A stretch of 64,000 nucleotides of DNA from Pelomicrobium sp. (GTDB lineage Bacteria > Pseudomonadota > Gammaproteobacteria > Burkholderiales > UBA6910): assembly GCA_035466595.1 (NCBI GenBank), contig DATIUV010000072.1, forward strand, positions 5,816 through 69,815, in the 5' to 3' direction. The notes below the pieces were generated by a model. It saw only the letters and a list, made by a program, of their open reading frames with translations, ran no database searches and was not told where the DNA came from. Position 1 is the first letter of the stretch. Each line of letters starts with the position of its first letter. The translations under genes and the position numbers were made by a program. Positions 26,554 through 35,406 of this stretch are shown here, piece after piece.

Positions 26554-27336
26554 GTGTCCGAGAACGGAGCCAAGTCGTCGATCCAGGTCCTGGAGCGGAT
26601 GGTGAGTCTGCTCGACGCCCTGGCCGAAAGCGCGGAGCCGCTCAACCTGAAGCAACTCGCCCTGCGCACGAGCCTGCATCCCTCCACCGCCCACCGCATT
26701 CTGGGCGTCATGGTGGAGCACCGGCTGGTCGACCGGATCGAGCCGGGCACCTACCGGCTCGGCATTCATCTGCTCGAGCTCGGCAACCTGGTAAAGAGCC
26801 GCCTCAACATTCGCGACGAGGCGCTGCCGTTCATGCAGAAGCTGCACGACCAGATCCACGAGACCGTGAATCTGTCGATCCGCCAGGGCGATGAGATGGT
26901 CTACGTCGAGCGCCTGGTGTCGAGCCGTTCGGCGATGCGCGTCGTGCACCTGATCGGCGCCCGTGCGCCGCTGCACATCACGGCGGTCGGCAAGCTGTTC
27001 CTGCTGGAGGACGGCCCGGAAAAGATGCGCGACTATGCGCAACGCACGGGATTGCCGTCGTCGACGCGCAATTCCCTCGGCACGCTGCCCAAGCTTGCCC
27101 AGGAAGTCGAGCGGGTGCGCAAGCAGGGCTACGCGTTCGACAACGAAGAGGCCGAGCGCGGCGTTTCCTGCATCGGCGCCGGCATCCGCGACGACGAGGG
27201 CCGGCTGGTCGCGGGCCTGTCGATCTCCTCACCGTCGGACCGCCTGCGCAAGGAATGGGCGCAGATGGTCAAAGACACGGCCGACGACATCTCGCACGCG
27301 ATCGGTTATCGTCCCGCGCGCATGCTGCGGCGCTAA
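26554..27336 (+). CDS. IclR family transcriptional regulator
   Basis: 260 aa. Has the HTH LNLKQLALRTSLHPSTAHRIL and an IclR effector domain (GVSCIGAGIRD). GTG start after AAGAGGAAA. Confidence 0.9.
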   Translation: MSENGAKSSIQVLERMVSLLDALAESAEPLNLKQLALRTSLHPSTAHRILGVMVEHRLVDRIEPGTYRLGIHLLELGNLVKSRLNIRDEALPFMQKLHDQIHETVNLSIRQGDEMVYVERLVSSRSAMRVVHLIGARAPLHITAVGKLFLLEDGPEKMRDYAQRTGLPSSTRNSLGTLPKLAQEVERVRKQGYAFDNEEAERGVSCIGAGIRDDEGRLVAGLSISSPSDRLRKEWAQMVKDTADDISHAIGYRPARMLRR

Positions 27337-27399
27337 CCTCGGTCCGCCCGCCCCTCGCCGGCGACGCGCGCCGCGATCGCGGCGCGGCCCGCGCTGGGG

Positions 27400-28431
27400 C
27401 TAGACCCCCGCCTCGAGATAGGACACGGCGAAGCCCTCGTCGTCCGCGAGCCATTGCCGGCGCATGACCCAGCCGCCCCGGCGCGCGAGCTCGCTGAACT
27501 CCGCGAGGTCGTACTTGTAGGAGTTCTCGGTATGCAACGTTTCGCCAGGAAAGAACGAGATCGTGCGGCCCGCGAGCCGCACTTGCTGGTGGCCAATGCT
27601 CGCCAAGTGCATTTCGATTCGACTGTCGGCGGGGTTGTACAGCGCCACGTGGCGGAAGCCCGTCGGATCGAAATCGGCGCCGAGCTCGCGGTTCATCCGC
27701 TCGAGCAGATTGCGATTGAAGGCCGCCGTCACGCCGCGTGAGTCGTCGTACGCTCTCGTCATTCGATCCACCGGCTTCTTCAAATCGATGCCGATGAGCA
27801 GGCCGCCGCCGCTGCCCGTGAGCGCGGCGACCCGCGCCAGGAACGCGGTCGCGTCCGCGGGAGCGAAGTTGCTGATGCTGGAGCCGGGAAAGTACGCCAC
27901 GCGCCGCAGCGCGCGGGCATCGGCGCTGAGGGGAAGCACCAGCGGTCGCGAGTAGTCGCCCCACATTGCCTCGATCGAAAGCCAGGGATAGTCTTGCGCC
28001 AGCTGCCGGACCGAGGCTTCGAGGGCAGAGCGCGAAATCTCGATCGGCGCATAGACCGCTGGCCGCAGCGCTTCGATCAGCAACCGCGACTTCTGGCTGC
28101 TGCCGCTGCCGAACTCGATGAGGACGCATCGCCGTCCCAAACATGCGGCCATCTCGGGCGCGTGCCCGCGCATCATCGCCGTTTCCGTGCGCGTCACGGC
28201 GTATTCCGGCAGCTCGCAGATCAGGTCGAACAGACGGCTGCCTTCGGCGTCGTAGAAATACTTCGGCGGCAGCGACTTCGGCGTTGCGCCGAGCCCGTTG
28301 ACCGCGTCCTCGAGAAAGCGGTCGACGATGGGTCCGCAGTCGTGCAGGACGGCGTTCGACGCGAGCTGCACCGAGGCGAAAGGTCCGACGCGAAAGGCAT
28401 CGGCGGCGGGCGCCGCCGGGAAATCGGGCAT
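27400..28431 (-). CDS. EgtD-like L-histidine N-alpha-methyltransferase family protein (Methyltransf_33)
   Basis: Internal ATG at 28429-28431. Motifs YFYDAEGSRLFDLICELPEY, LIEFGSGSSQKS, YFPGSSISNF and TENSYKY match the EgtD family. Confidence 0.8.
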   Translation of the reverse strand: MPDFPAAPAADAFRVGPFASVQLASNAVLHDCGPIVDRFLEDAVNGLGATPKSLPPKYFYDAEGSRLFDLICELPEYAVTRTETAMMRGHAPEMAACLGRRCVLIEFGSGSSQKSRLLIEALRPAVYAPIEISRSALEASVRQLAQDYPWLSIEAMWGDYSRPLVLPLSADARALRRVAYFPGSSISNFAPADATAFLARVAALTGSGGGLLIGIDLKKPVDRMTRAYDDSRGVTAAFNRNLLERMNRELGADFDPTGFRHVALYNPADSRIEMHLASIGHQQVRLAGRTISFFPGETLHTENSYKYDLAEFSELARRGGWVMRRQWLADDEGFAVSYLEAGV

Positions 28432-28496
28432 GGTCGGGAACGGGTCCGGCTTCTTGGGCTGCCGCGGGTCGCCGGTCCCCGCGACGGAAGTTCTAT

Positions 28497-29432
28497 CTAC
28501 CCAGACACCTGGCCGGGCAGCAGGTTCGACTCCATCCAGCGCTTGATGCGGTTGGCATCGCCGATGCGCGTGAGCGTGCCCCACGAGTCCAGCAGCACGA
28601 TGATCACCTGGCGTCCGGCCACCTGCGCCTGCATGACGAGGCAGCGACCCGCCTCCCGGATGTAGCCGGTCTTGGACACGCCGATGCTCCAGGCGCGGTT
28701 GTTCACCAGCCGGTTGGAGTTGCGGAACTCGAGCGGATGACGGTAGCCGCTGGCGTCGACGGCGTATTGCGCGGTGGTCGAGTACTCGCTGATCAGCGGG
28801 TAGGTGCTGCTGGCGTGCACCAGTCGCGCCAGATCGCGCGCCGTCGAAACGTTACCGCTGTCGAGGCCGGTCGGCTCCACGAAATGCGTGTCGGCCATGC
28901 CGAGGGTCGCCGCCTTGCGGTTCATTGCGGCCACAAAGGCCGGCATGCCGCCCGGGTAAGCGCGGCCCAGCGCGGATGCGGCGCGGTTCTCGGAAGCCAT
29001 CAGCGCCAGCCGCAACAGCTCGCCGCGCGTGAGCACGGTGCCGACGCGCAGCCGCGACGCCGAATTCTTCAGCGTGTCGACGTCGTCGCTCGTGATCCGG
29101 ATCGGCTCGTCGAGAGACAACCTCGAATCGAGCACCACCATCGCCGTCATGAGCTTCGTGATGGAAGCGATGGCGGTCACCTCGGTCCCGTTCTTCTCGT
29201 AAATCGGGCTGCCGGTGGCAGCGTCGACCACGAGCGCGACGTTGGAACGGAGCTGGGGGTCTCCGCGCATCTTCTGGACCGCCGGGGATGCCGCCACCGC
29301 CTGGCTGTCCGGCGCCCGCAGGCTGAAATGCAGTTTGGGAGCAATCGCGTCGCCTTTGACCGGCGTCTGCTCGCCCGCATGAGCGGACGCTGCGCCGCAC
29401 AAAAGCGCCAAAGAAATCCAAGCGAACCGCAT
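28497..29432 (-). CDS. D-alanyl-D-alanine endopeptidase (PBP7/PbpG-like, peptidase S11)
   Basis: Internal ATG at 29430-29432 after GGGGAAG. Has a signal peptide, SITKLMT (SxxK), SENRAA (SxN) and KTGY (KTG). Confidence 0.85.
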   Translation of the reverse strand: MRFAWISLALLCGAASAHAGEQTPVKGDAIAPKLHFSLRAPDSQAVAASPAVQKMRGDPQLRSNVALVVDAATGSPIYEKNGTEVTAIASITKLMTAMVVLDSRLSLDEPIRITSDDVDTLKNSASRLRVGTVLTRGELLRLALMASENRAASALGRAYPGGMPAFVAAMNRKAATLGMADTHFVEPTGLDSGNVSTARDLARLVHASSTYPLISEYSTTAQYAVDASGYRHPLEFRNSNRLVNNRAWSIGVSKTGYIREAGRCLVMQAQVAGRQVIIVLLDSWGTLTRIGDANRIKRWMESNLLPGQVSG

Positions 29433-29562
29433 GCTTCCCCCTTTCCGCGTCCCCAAGCTGCGTCCCGACATGCTCAGAAAGCCGCCGGGAACCGCTACCG
29501 TAGCAAAAAAGCCCGTCCCCGGAAAGGGTTGGCGCAAAAATTTAAGGCGGGGTCGAGCTAAT

Positions 29563-31410
29563 TCACGCGGCGCCGACCGGCCCCGGCGGCATCTCGACGG
29601 GCACCTCGGTGTCGGGCCTTGCGACACGCTCCTGCCGCTGCAGCTCCCACAGGTGCGCATACGTGCCGCCGATCCCCAGCAGCTCAAGGTGCGAACCGCG
29701 CTCGACGATGCGGCCGTGGTCCAGGACCAGGATTTCGTCGGCGGCGACAATCGTGGAAAGCCGGTGCGCAATGACAAGCGTGGTGCGCGCGGCCGCGATC
29801 CGATCCAGCTCGGCCTGGATCGCCTTTTCCGAGCGCGAATCGAGCGCCGACGTGGCTTCGTCGAAGACGAGGATCGGCGGATTCTTGAGAATGGCGCGGG
29901 CGATCGCAACGCGCTGCTTCTCGCCGCCCGAGAGCTTGAGCCCGCGCTCGCCGACGAGCGTGTCGTAACCTTGCGGCAGGCTGCTGATGAAGCCATGCAT
30001 GTGAGCCGCGCGCGCCGCCTCGACCACCTCCTCGCGGGTCGCCCCGGCGCGCCCGTAGGCCACGTTGTAATAGACGGTGTCGTTGAAGAGCACCGTGTCC
30101 TGCGGCACGATGCCGATCGCCGCGCGCAGGCTGGATTGCGTCACGTCGCGAATGTCGATCCCGTCGATGACGATGCGCCCTTCCCACACGTCGTAGAACC
30201 GGAACAGCAGGCGCGAGAGCGTCGACTTGCCGGCGCCGCTCGCGCCCACCACGGCCACGGTCTTGCCGGCCGGCACCTCGAAGCTGACGTCGAACAGGAT
30301 CTGGCGGTCGCGCTCGTAGCCGAAGCTCACGTTCTCGAAGCGGATTGCCCCGCCGCTCGGCACCAGCGCCGGCGCGCCCACGCGGTCCTCGACCTCGCGG
30401 TTCTCGTCCAGCAGGCGGAACATGCGCTCCATGTCGGTCACCGACTGCTTCAGTTCGCGGTAGATGACGCCGAGAAAGTTGAGCGGGATGTAGAGCTGGA
30501 TCAGCAGCGCGTTGACCAGCACGAGGTCGCCGAGCGTGAGCTCCCCGCGCACCACGCCTTTTGCCGCCAGGGTCATCAGGGCCGTGACGCCCGCCGCGAT
30601 GATCAGGCTCTGCCCCGCGTTGAGCGCGCCGAGCGAGGTCTGGCTGCGGATTGCCGCCTGCTCCCACTGGGCGAGATTCTCGTCGTAGCGGCGGGCCTCG
30701 AACGCCTCGTTGCCAAAGTACTTCACCGTCTCGTAGTTGAGCAGGCTGTCGATCGCGCGCGTGTTGGCCTTCGAGTCCAGCTCGTTCATGGCCCGCCGGA
30801 AGCGCGTGCGCCATTCCGTGACCCAAACGGTCAACCCGATGTAGATGACCAGCGTGACCACGGTAACCAGCGCAAACACCGGTGGAAACTTGACCAGAAG
30901 CACGGCCGCCACCAGCCCGATCTCCACCAGAGTCGGCAGGATCGAGAAAAGCAGGTAGCTCATCAGCGCCGAGATCGCCCGCGTGCCGCGCTCGATGTCG
31001 CGCGACATGCCGCCGGTCTGGCGCGCCAGGTGAAAGCGCAGGCTGAGGCCATGCAGGTGGCGGAAAACTTCCAGCGCGATTCGGCGGATGGCGTGCTGCG
31101 TGACCCGCGCGAAGACGACGTCGCGCAGTTCCGTAAACAGGGTGCTCGACAGGCGCAATGCGCCGTACGCGATCAGCAGCGCCGCCGGCACCACCAGCAG
31201 CGCCGGCGGCCGGTCCAACGCATCGACGATCTCCTTCATCAGGATCGGCACGCCGACGTTGGCCACCTTGGCGAGGATCAGGCAGCCGGCGGCGAGCAGG
31301 ACGCGCCCGCGAAACTCCCACAGATAGGGAAACAGCGTGCGCAGCGCCTTCCACTCGTCTCCCTGAGGGCGCGGCGCAGCGTCGGTCGAATCGTGGCCGT
31401 GACGTCGCAT
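29563..31410 (-). CDS. ABC transporter permease/ATPase, ABCB (Atm1-like) exporter
   Basis: 615 aa with six N-terminal TM segments, Walker A GASGAGKST, signature LSGGEKQR and Walker B ILVFDEATS. Confidence 0.9.
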   Translation of the reverse strand: MRRHGHDSTDAAPRPQGDEWKALRTLFPYLWEFRGRVLLAAGCLILAKVANVGVPILMKEIVDALDRPPALLVVPAALLIAYGALRLSSTLFTELRDVVFARVTQHAIRRIALEVFRHLHGLSLRFHLARQTGGMSRDIERGTRAISALMSYLLFSILPTLVEIGLVAAVLLVKFPPVFALVTVVTLVIYIGLTVWVTEWRTRFRRAMNELDSKANTRAIDSLLNYETVKYFGNEAFEARRYDENLAQWEQAAIRSQTSLGALNAGQSLIIAAGVTALMTLAAKGVVRGELTLGDLVLVNALLIQLYIPLNFLGVIYRELKQSVTDMERMFRLLDENREVEDRVGAPALVPSGGAIRFENVSFGYERDRQILFDVSFEVPAGKTVAVVGASGAGKSTLSRLLFRFYDVWEGRIVIDGIDIRDVTQSSLRAAIGIVPQDTVLFNDTVYYNVAYGRAGATREEVVEAARAAHMHGFISSLPQGYDTLVGERGLKLSGGEKQRVAIARAILKNPPILVFDEATSALDSRSEKAIQAELDRIAAARTTLVIAHRLSTIVAADEILVLDHGRIVERGSHLELLGIGGTYAHLWELQRQERVARPDTEVPVEMPPGPVGAA

Positions 31411-31596
31411 GAAGGGTGAAGCCTACCGTCTCGGCACGGACAGGTCACCTCGACCCGCATTGACAGCGGCGCGCGGCGCGCACCAGAATGGAGCAACGTC
31501 GCGGGCAAACGACAACGACGCCGGAGGAGGCCCCCATGCTCGCAGCCGAGGCAACGCGCCAGCGTTGCTCGTCAAGCCGTTCCCATCGAGGCTCCG

Positions 31597-32544
31597 ATGG
31601 CTAGCGCGCGCCGCCCGCCGAGGATTCCCGCGGGCGTGCGCGTGGTCGTGCGCGACTGGCTCAACTCCAACCACGTCGTCGTTCTCGGCGCCCGGGAAAA
31701 TGTCCTCATAGACAGCGGGTACTCCGCGTGCGCCGGCGAGACGCTGCAGCGCCTCCAGCAAGCCGATGCGCTCGGCCGCGGCCGGCTGGATCGTCTGGTC
31801 AATACCCACTGCCACAGCGACCACGTCGGCGGCAACCGGCTGCTGCGCAGCGTCTACGGCTGCCGGGTCAGCATCCCGGCGGCCCACGCCGATCTCGTCA
31901 ACGACTGGGATGCGCGCGCGCTCTGGCTCGATTACGCCGACCAGTATCTCGAGCCGTTCGCGTTCGACGATACGATCGCAGCGGGCGAGCATCTCCGCCT
32001 GGGCGACATGGACTGGCAGGCCATCGCCGTGCCGGGGCACGACATGGGTGCCCTGGTCTTCTACGCGCCGCAGGAGCGGCTGCTCGTTTCGGGCGACGCG
32101 TTGTGGGAGCGCGGGTTCGGCGTGGTGCCGCCCGAGGCGGGTGAGCCCGTACGGCTGAAGGCGACCCGCCAGGCGCTCGAGACCATCGCGGGGCTCGACG
32201 TCGACACCGTGATTCCGGGACATGGCCGGCCGTTCACCGACGTCCGCGCCGCGCTGGACTTCGCGTTTCGCAAGCTGGAGGCGTTCGAAGCCGACCCGCT
32301 GCGCACCGCGCGGCATTTCCTCAAGGTCATGCTGACCTTCTCGCTGATCGAGAAGGGGCGCATGCCGGTCAGCCTGCTGCCGGCGTATTTCGAGCAGGTC
32401 GACGCCTATCGCGAGACCAACGCCGAGTTCTTCCGGCTGCCGGCGGCAGCGCTGGCGGAGCAGCTCGTCGGCGAACTGGAGCAGGCCGCCGCGATCGTGC
32501 GGCGTGAAGGATTTCTCTTCCCCGCGAGCGCGCGGATTCGCTAG
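31597..32544 (+). CDS. MBL-fold metallo-hydrolase
   Basis: Has the HxHxDH motif THCHSDHVGG. 315 aa. The start is uncertain. Confidence 0.75.
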   Translation: MASARRPPRIPAGVRVVVRDWLNSNHVVVLGARENVLIDSGYSACAGETLQRLQQADALGRGRLDRLVNTHCHSDHVGGNRLLRSVYGCRVSIPAAHADLVNDWDARALWLDYADQYLEPFAFDDTIAAGEHLRLGDMDWQAIAVPGHDMGALVFYAPQERLLVSGDALWERGFGVVPPEAGEPVRLKATRQALETIAGLDVDTVIPGHGRPFTDVRAALDFAFRKLEAFEADPLRTARHFLKVMLTFSLIEKGRMPVSLLPAYFEQVDAYRETNAEFFRLPAAALAEQLVGELEQAAAIVRREGFLFPASARIR

Positions 32545-32612
32545 GTTCAGCGCGCTTCAAAAAAGAAGCCCCGGCGCCCGCCGGGGCTTTTCTTGTTTCG
32601 TGCCGCTGCCGC

Positions 32613-33848
32613 TCAGTGCCCCATGCTGGGCGTCGTGATCTTGTTCCCGTTGCTGAGCGACGTGAGGTAATACTCGATATCCGCGTACTCCGGCGCATCC
32701 GGCGGCAGCTCGTTCGCCCGGATGGCCACGCCGCACCACTGCAGCCGCTTGCGCACCGTCCACATCTGGCTCTGGCTGGTGCGATAGTACGGATGGTGGC
32801 CGAGCTGATTCTGGGAGGGACCGAGGTACTGGCCGCGGATCCACCGGTTGGCCGCCTGGCCGTGGCAGTCATTGCAGGAAAAGTTCAGCTGTCCCACCTT
32901 GCGCTCCATGAGCTGTTTGCCGTTTGCCGCGCGTGCCTTTTCCTCCGCGGTCCGGAACCGGATGTCGATCACCGCGCCGCGCGCCAGGCCGCGCAAATAG
33001 GCGGACAGGGCAATATTCTCCGTGCTTTGCATCAGGTACTCGGCCCCGGTGGTCGCCCGCGCATGGCGGGTAATGAACTCCTCGCCGTTGAGCACTTTCT
33101 TCATGCGCGGCTCGTAGTAGGGCATCTTGGCCGCCCAGGTCCGAAACGCCTTCTTCGGGTCCTGGTGGCAGGACGCGCACGACTTGCCGTTGGGGCCGGG
33201 GGTGGCGAACACCTTTTCGCCTCGATCCACCTCGCCCCAGGCCGGGTTCTCGAAGGGATCGTCCGGGTTGTACAGCGGCGTTTCCTTCTTGCGCTGGTTC
33301 GGGTCGTCGCGTACGTCCTTGAACGTCGCGGGCGTCTTAAGCGTTTTCAGATAGGCGACCATGTCCCGAATCTCGCCCTCCTTGTACAGGCCGTGCCTCC
33401 CCCAGGGCGGCATCATGGTATTGGCGTTGAAGACGCGGGCGTCGTAGATGTAGTTGTAGAGGTACCAGTCCGACCGGCCCCAGGTGCCGATGGTGGAGAG
33501 GTCGGGGCCGACGTTGCCCGGCAGCGTGGCGCCGGGGAGAATGTGGCAGGCAAGGCAGCCGCCGCCCCGGCTGCGGTCGAACGCGAGTTTCTTGCCGTTC
33601 TCCGCGTTGCCGTCCTCGATGGGCCCGTAGACTTTCTGGAACCGCTCGACCGGCGGCGACGCGTCGGTGCGCATGGTGTTGAACTTGTCCCAGTTCGCCT
33701 GGGGCCAATTCGAGTAACGGGACCATGGCTCCGGCGCCGCCGACTTCTGCGTTTCCAGCGGCGCCCGCGATCCCGCCGCAGCCGCAAACAGCCCGGGTGC
33801 GGACAATGAAACGATCGCCGCGACGACGATCTTCGATACAGTTCCCAT
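32613..33848 (-). CDS. Fused SoxX-SoxA-like triheme c-type cytochrome
   Basis: 411 aa with a signal peptide. The N-terminal SoxX-like domain has GGCLACH...NTMMPPWG. The C-terminal SoxA-like domain has CASCH, LNFSCNDCH and the conserved Cys in RKRLQWCG. Confidence 0.8.
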   Translation of the reverse strand: MGTVSKIVVAAIVSLSAPGLFAAAAGSRAPLETQKSAAPEPWSRYSNWPQANWDKFNTMRTDASPPVERFQKVYGPIEDGNAENGKKLAFDRSRGGGCLACHILPGATLPGNVGPDLSTIGTWGRSDWYLYNYIYDARVFNANTMMPPWGRHGLYKEGEIRDMVAYLKTLKTPATFKDVRDDPNQRKKETPLYNPDDPFENPAWGEVDRGEKVFATPGPNGKSCASCHQDPKKAFRTWAAKMPYYEPRMKKVLNGEEFITRHARATTGAEYLMQSTENIALSAYLRGLARGAVIDIRFRTAEEKARAANGKQLMERKVGQLNFSCNDCHGQAANRWIRGQYLGPSQNQLGHHPYYRTSQSQMWTVRKRLQWCGVAIRANELPPDAPEYADIEYYLTSLSNGNKITTPSMGH

Positions 33849-33910
33849 GGTGCCCCCTCCGTGATTAAGACGCCTGTGACCGGCAAACGAGTTCTACTGC
33901 AAAGACGGAG

Positions 33911-33942
33911 AAAAAAAAAGAGGCGCTTTATGCAAGCGCCTC
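33911..33942 (-). terminator. Intrinsic terminator (9-bp stem GAGGCGCTT/AAGCGCCTC, 5-nt loop, T9) in the leader of the fused soxXA gene
   Basis: Minus strand reads GAGGCGCTTgcataAAGCGCCTCTTTTTTTTT. It lies between the sigma-54 promoter and the ATG at 33848. Confidence 0.75.
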
Positions 33943-34004
33943 AATAGCCAAAGGAGGAGGATGAAAACAACGAGAATGCTCCCGCTGCCTTCAGTCCCTT
34001 TTAA

Positions 34005-34019
34005 GCAATCCCCATGCCA
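34005..34019 (-). promoter_or_regulatory. Sigma-54 (-24/-12) promoter TGGCATggggaTTGC
   Basis: The minus strand reads GTGGCATGGGGATTGCT, matching TGGCAC-N5-TTGCW with correct GG-to-GC spacing. It sits in an AT-rich gap. Confidence 0.65.
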
Positions 34020-34048
34020 CAAAATATCTGCTGTATTTTCAATAATCT

Positions 34049-34076
34049 AGAAAAAACGCCGGCTCGCGCCGGCGTT
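34049..34076 (-). terminator. Intrinsic terminator after soxX-soxA-lipoprotein module 1
   Basis: Minus strand reads AACGCCGGCgcgaGCCGGCGTTTTTTCT. Confidence 0.75.
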
Positions 34077-34135
34077 TCGGTTTCGTCAATTCCGCTACAT
34101 CCCGGTGCACCGTGCACCATCGTGCAGCGAAACCC

Positions 34136-34462
34136 TTAGAACGACAAGGTCGGGTATTTCTTCTGCCGTTGGCTCAAATTCGCCTGCTCGCTGGCCTTCT
34201 TGGCATTCTTGAGCACCGTTGCACTGTCACCCTTGCGCGCCGCATCTTCGGCGGCTTTGAGGGCATCCGTTGCCGTGGACCAGGAGTTACCGGACTTCTT
34301 CGCGTCCTTGACGTCCGCCTCGGCCTGCGCCAAGGCGTCCATCGCCTGCTTCGACAGGCCGCCCTGGGCGACCGGCTTGGCGGGCGGCTCCTCGAGCGCG
34401 GTGGCGCAGCCGGCCAAAATCAGCGCGGCGACCATGGCCGCAAACAGCGTCACTCGCTTCAT
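34136..34462 (-). CDS. 108-aa helical lipoprotein in the soxK position (paralog of 35936..36262)
   Basis: ATG at 34460-34462 after GGGGAGGAGG. Has the lipobox LILAGC. It shares ...KGD.A.VLKNAK.AS..A.L.....KYP with its paralog. Confidence 0.7.
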   Translation of the reverse strand: MKRVTLFAAMVAALILAGCATALEEPPAKPVAQGGLSKQAMDALAQAEADVKDAKKSGNSWSTATDALKAAEDAARKGDSATVLKNAKKASEQANLSQRQKKYPTLSF

Positions 34463-34507
34463 CGTGCCTCCTCCCCGTTCCGGATCATGTCGTGAGCTCA
34501 TGGGCGC

Positions 34508-35335
34508 TCACTTGCGGTAGATCGATGAATACATGGGCAGGCCGTTGCTCATGTACGACATGAAGTATTCGAGGTTGTTGTACTCCTCGCTGCCAGGCTT
34601 TTTCGGGTCGGCCCGCACCTGTTCCTCACAGCGCTTGTAGCGCATGTGCAGGGTGTTGAGCGAGTCGCCGCCGCGGAATACCGGCCAGTGGGTCGCCTGC
34701 CCCAGCATGGGCGACAGGATCTCGGTACGCAGCGTGTTGCCCGCATTGCCAATATGGCAGGTGGCGCAGGCGAAGTTCAGCTGGCCGTGCCGCGAGAAAT
34801 AATACTTCTTGCCTTCTTCGTACTTTTTCAGCGCACCCGGGCTGTCGACCTTGATGTTCATCTTCATGCCGTCCGACAGGGTCCGCGCGTAGGCCACCAG
34901 CAGCCCCATGGTGCGGCGGTCGCCGTAGTCGTAGGGCTCCTCGCCGTTTGCCTCCCGGCAAAGATTGACGGCGCCCTCGAAGGTAACGACTTTCCCCAGT
35001 TTCTCGTCGTAGTACGGGTAGTTGCCCGCCACCATTTTGCCGCCGTTCTGGAAGCAGTCCGCGTAGGTCTTGCCGTTCTTGAATGGCGTCTCCCATAGCT
35101 TCTTGCCCTTGTCGATGTCGACCAGAAAGGGCGGGAAGGCCATGATGCTCTCGTACTGCTGCAGCGCGTCGGGGCTGACGATCATCGCGCCGTGGATATA
35201 GTCCTCGAACTTCACGTTCGGGTACTTCTGCTTATACATCGCCACCAGTTTCTGGCGGTCCTCTTCGGGCGAGGCGTTCGCCGCCCCCGTGACAACTGCC
35301 GCAATTCCCGCCAAGGCAAGAATCCAATGCTTCAT
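34508..35335 (-). CDS. soxA: SoxA, monoheme type (L-cysteine S-thiosulfotransferase subunit), copy 1
   Basis: 275 aa with a signal peptide, a single heme site LNFACATCH and the conserved ligand Cys in RYKRCEEQ. The first heme site is degenerate (YADCFQNGG). Confidence 0.85.
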   Translation of the reverse strand: MKHWILALAGIAAVVTGAANASPEEDRQKLVAMYKQKYPNVKFEDYIHGAMIVSPDALQQYESIMAFPPFLVDIDKGKKLWETPFKNGKTYADCFQNGGKMVAGNYPYYDEKLGKVVTFEGAVNLCREANGEEPYDYGDRRTMGLLVAYARTLSDGMKMNIKVDSPGALKKYEEGKKYYFSRHGQLNFACATCHIGNAGNTLRTEILSPMLGQATHWPVFRGGDSLNTLHMRYKRCEEQVRADPKKPGSEEYNNLEYFMSYMSNGLPMYSSIYRK

Positions 35336-35406
35336 CTTTTCCTCCGTAAAACGTCGTCACCGCCCGTCGCGGCGGGCGCCGGCTGGCCGGATCGCCAACG
35401 GGCGCG

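Noticed and set aside
33961-34050. 29-codon plus-strand ORF (MKTTRMLPLPSVPFKQSPCHKISAVFSII) preceded by AAAGGAGGAGG
   Set aside because: The purine-rich box abuts the ATG with essentially no spacer. It is more simply the complement of the CCUCCUCC stretch in the minus-strand leader. The ORF has no supporting features and lies antisense to the sigma-54 promoter.
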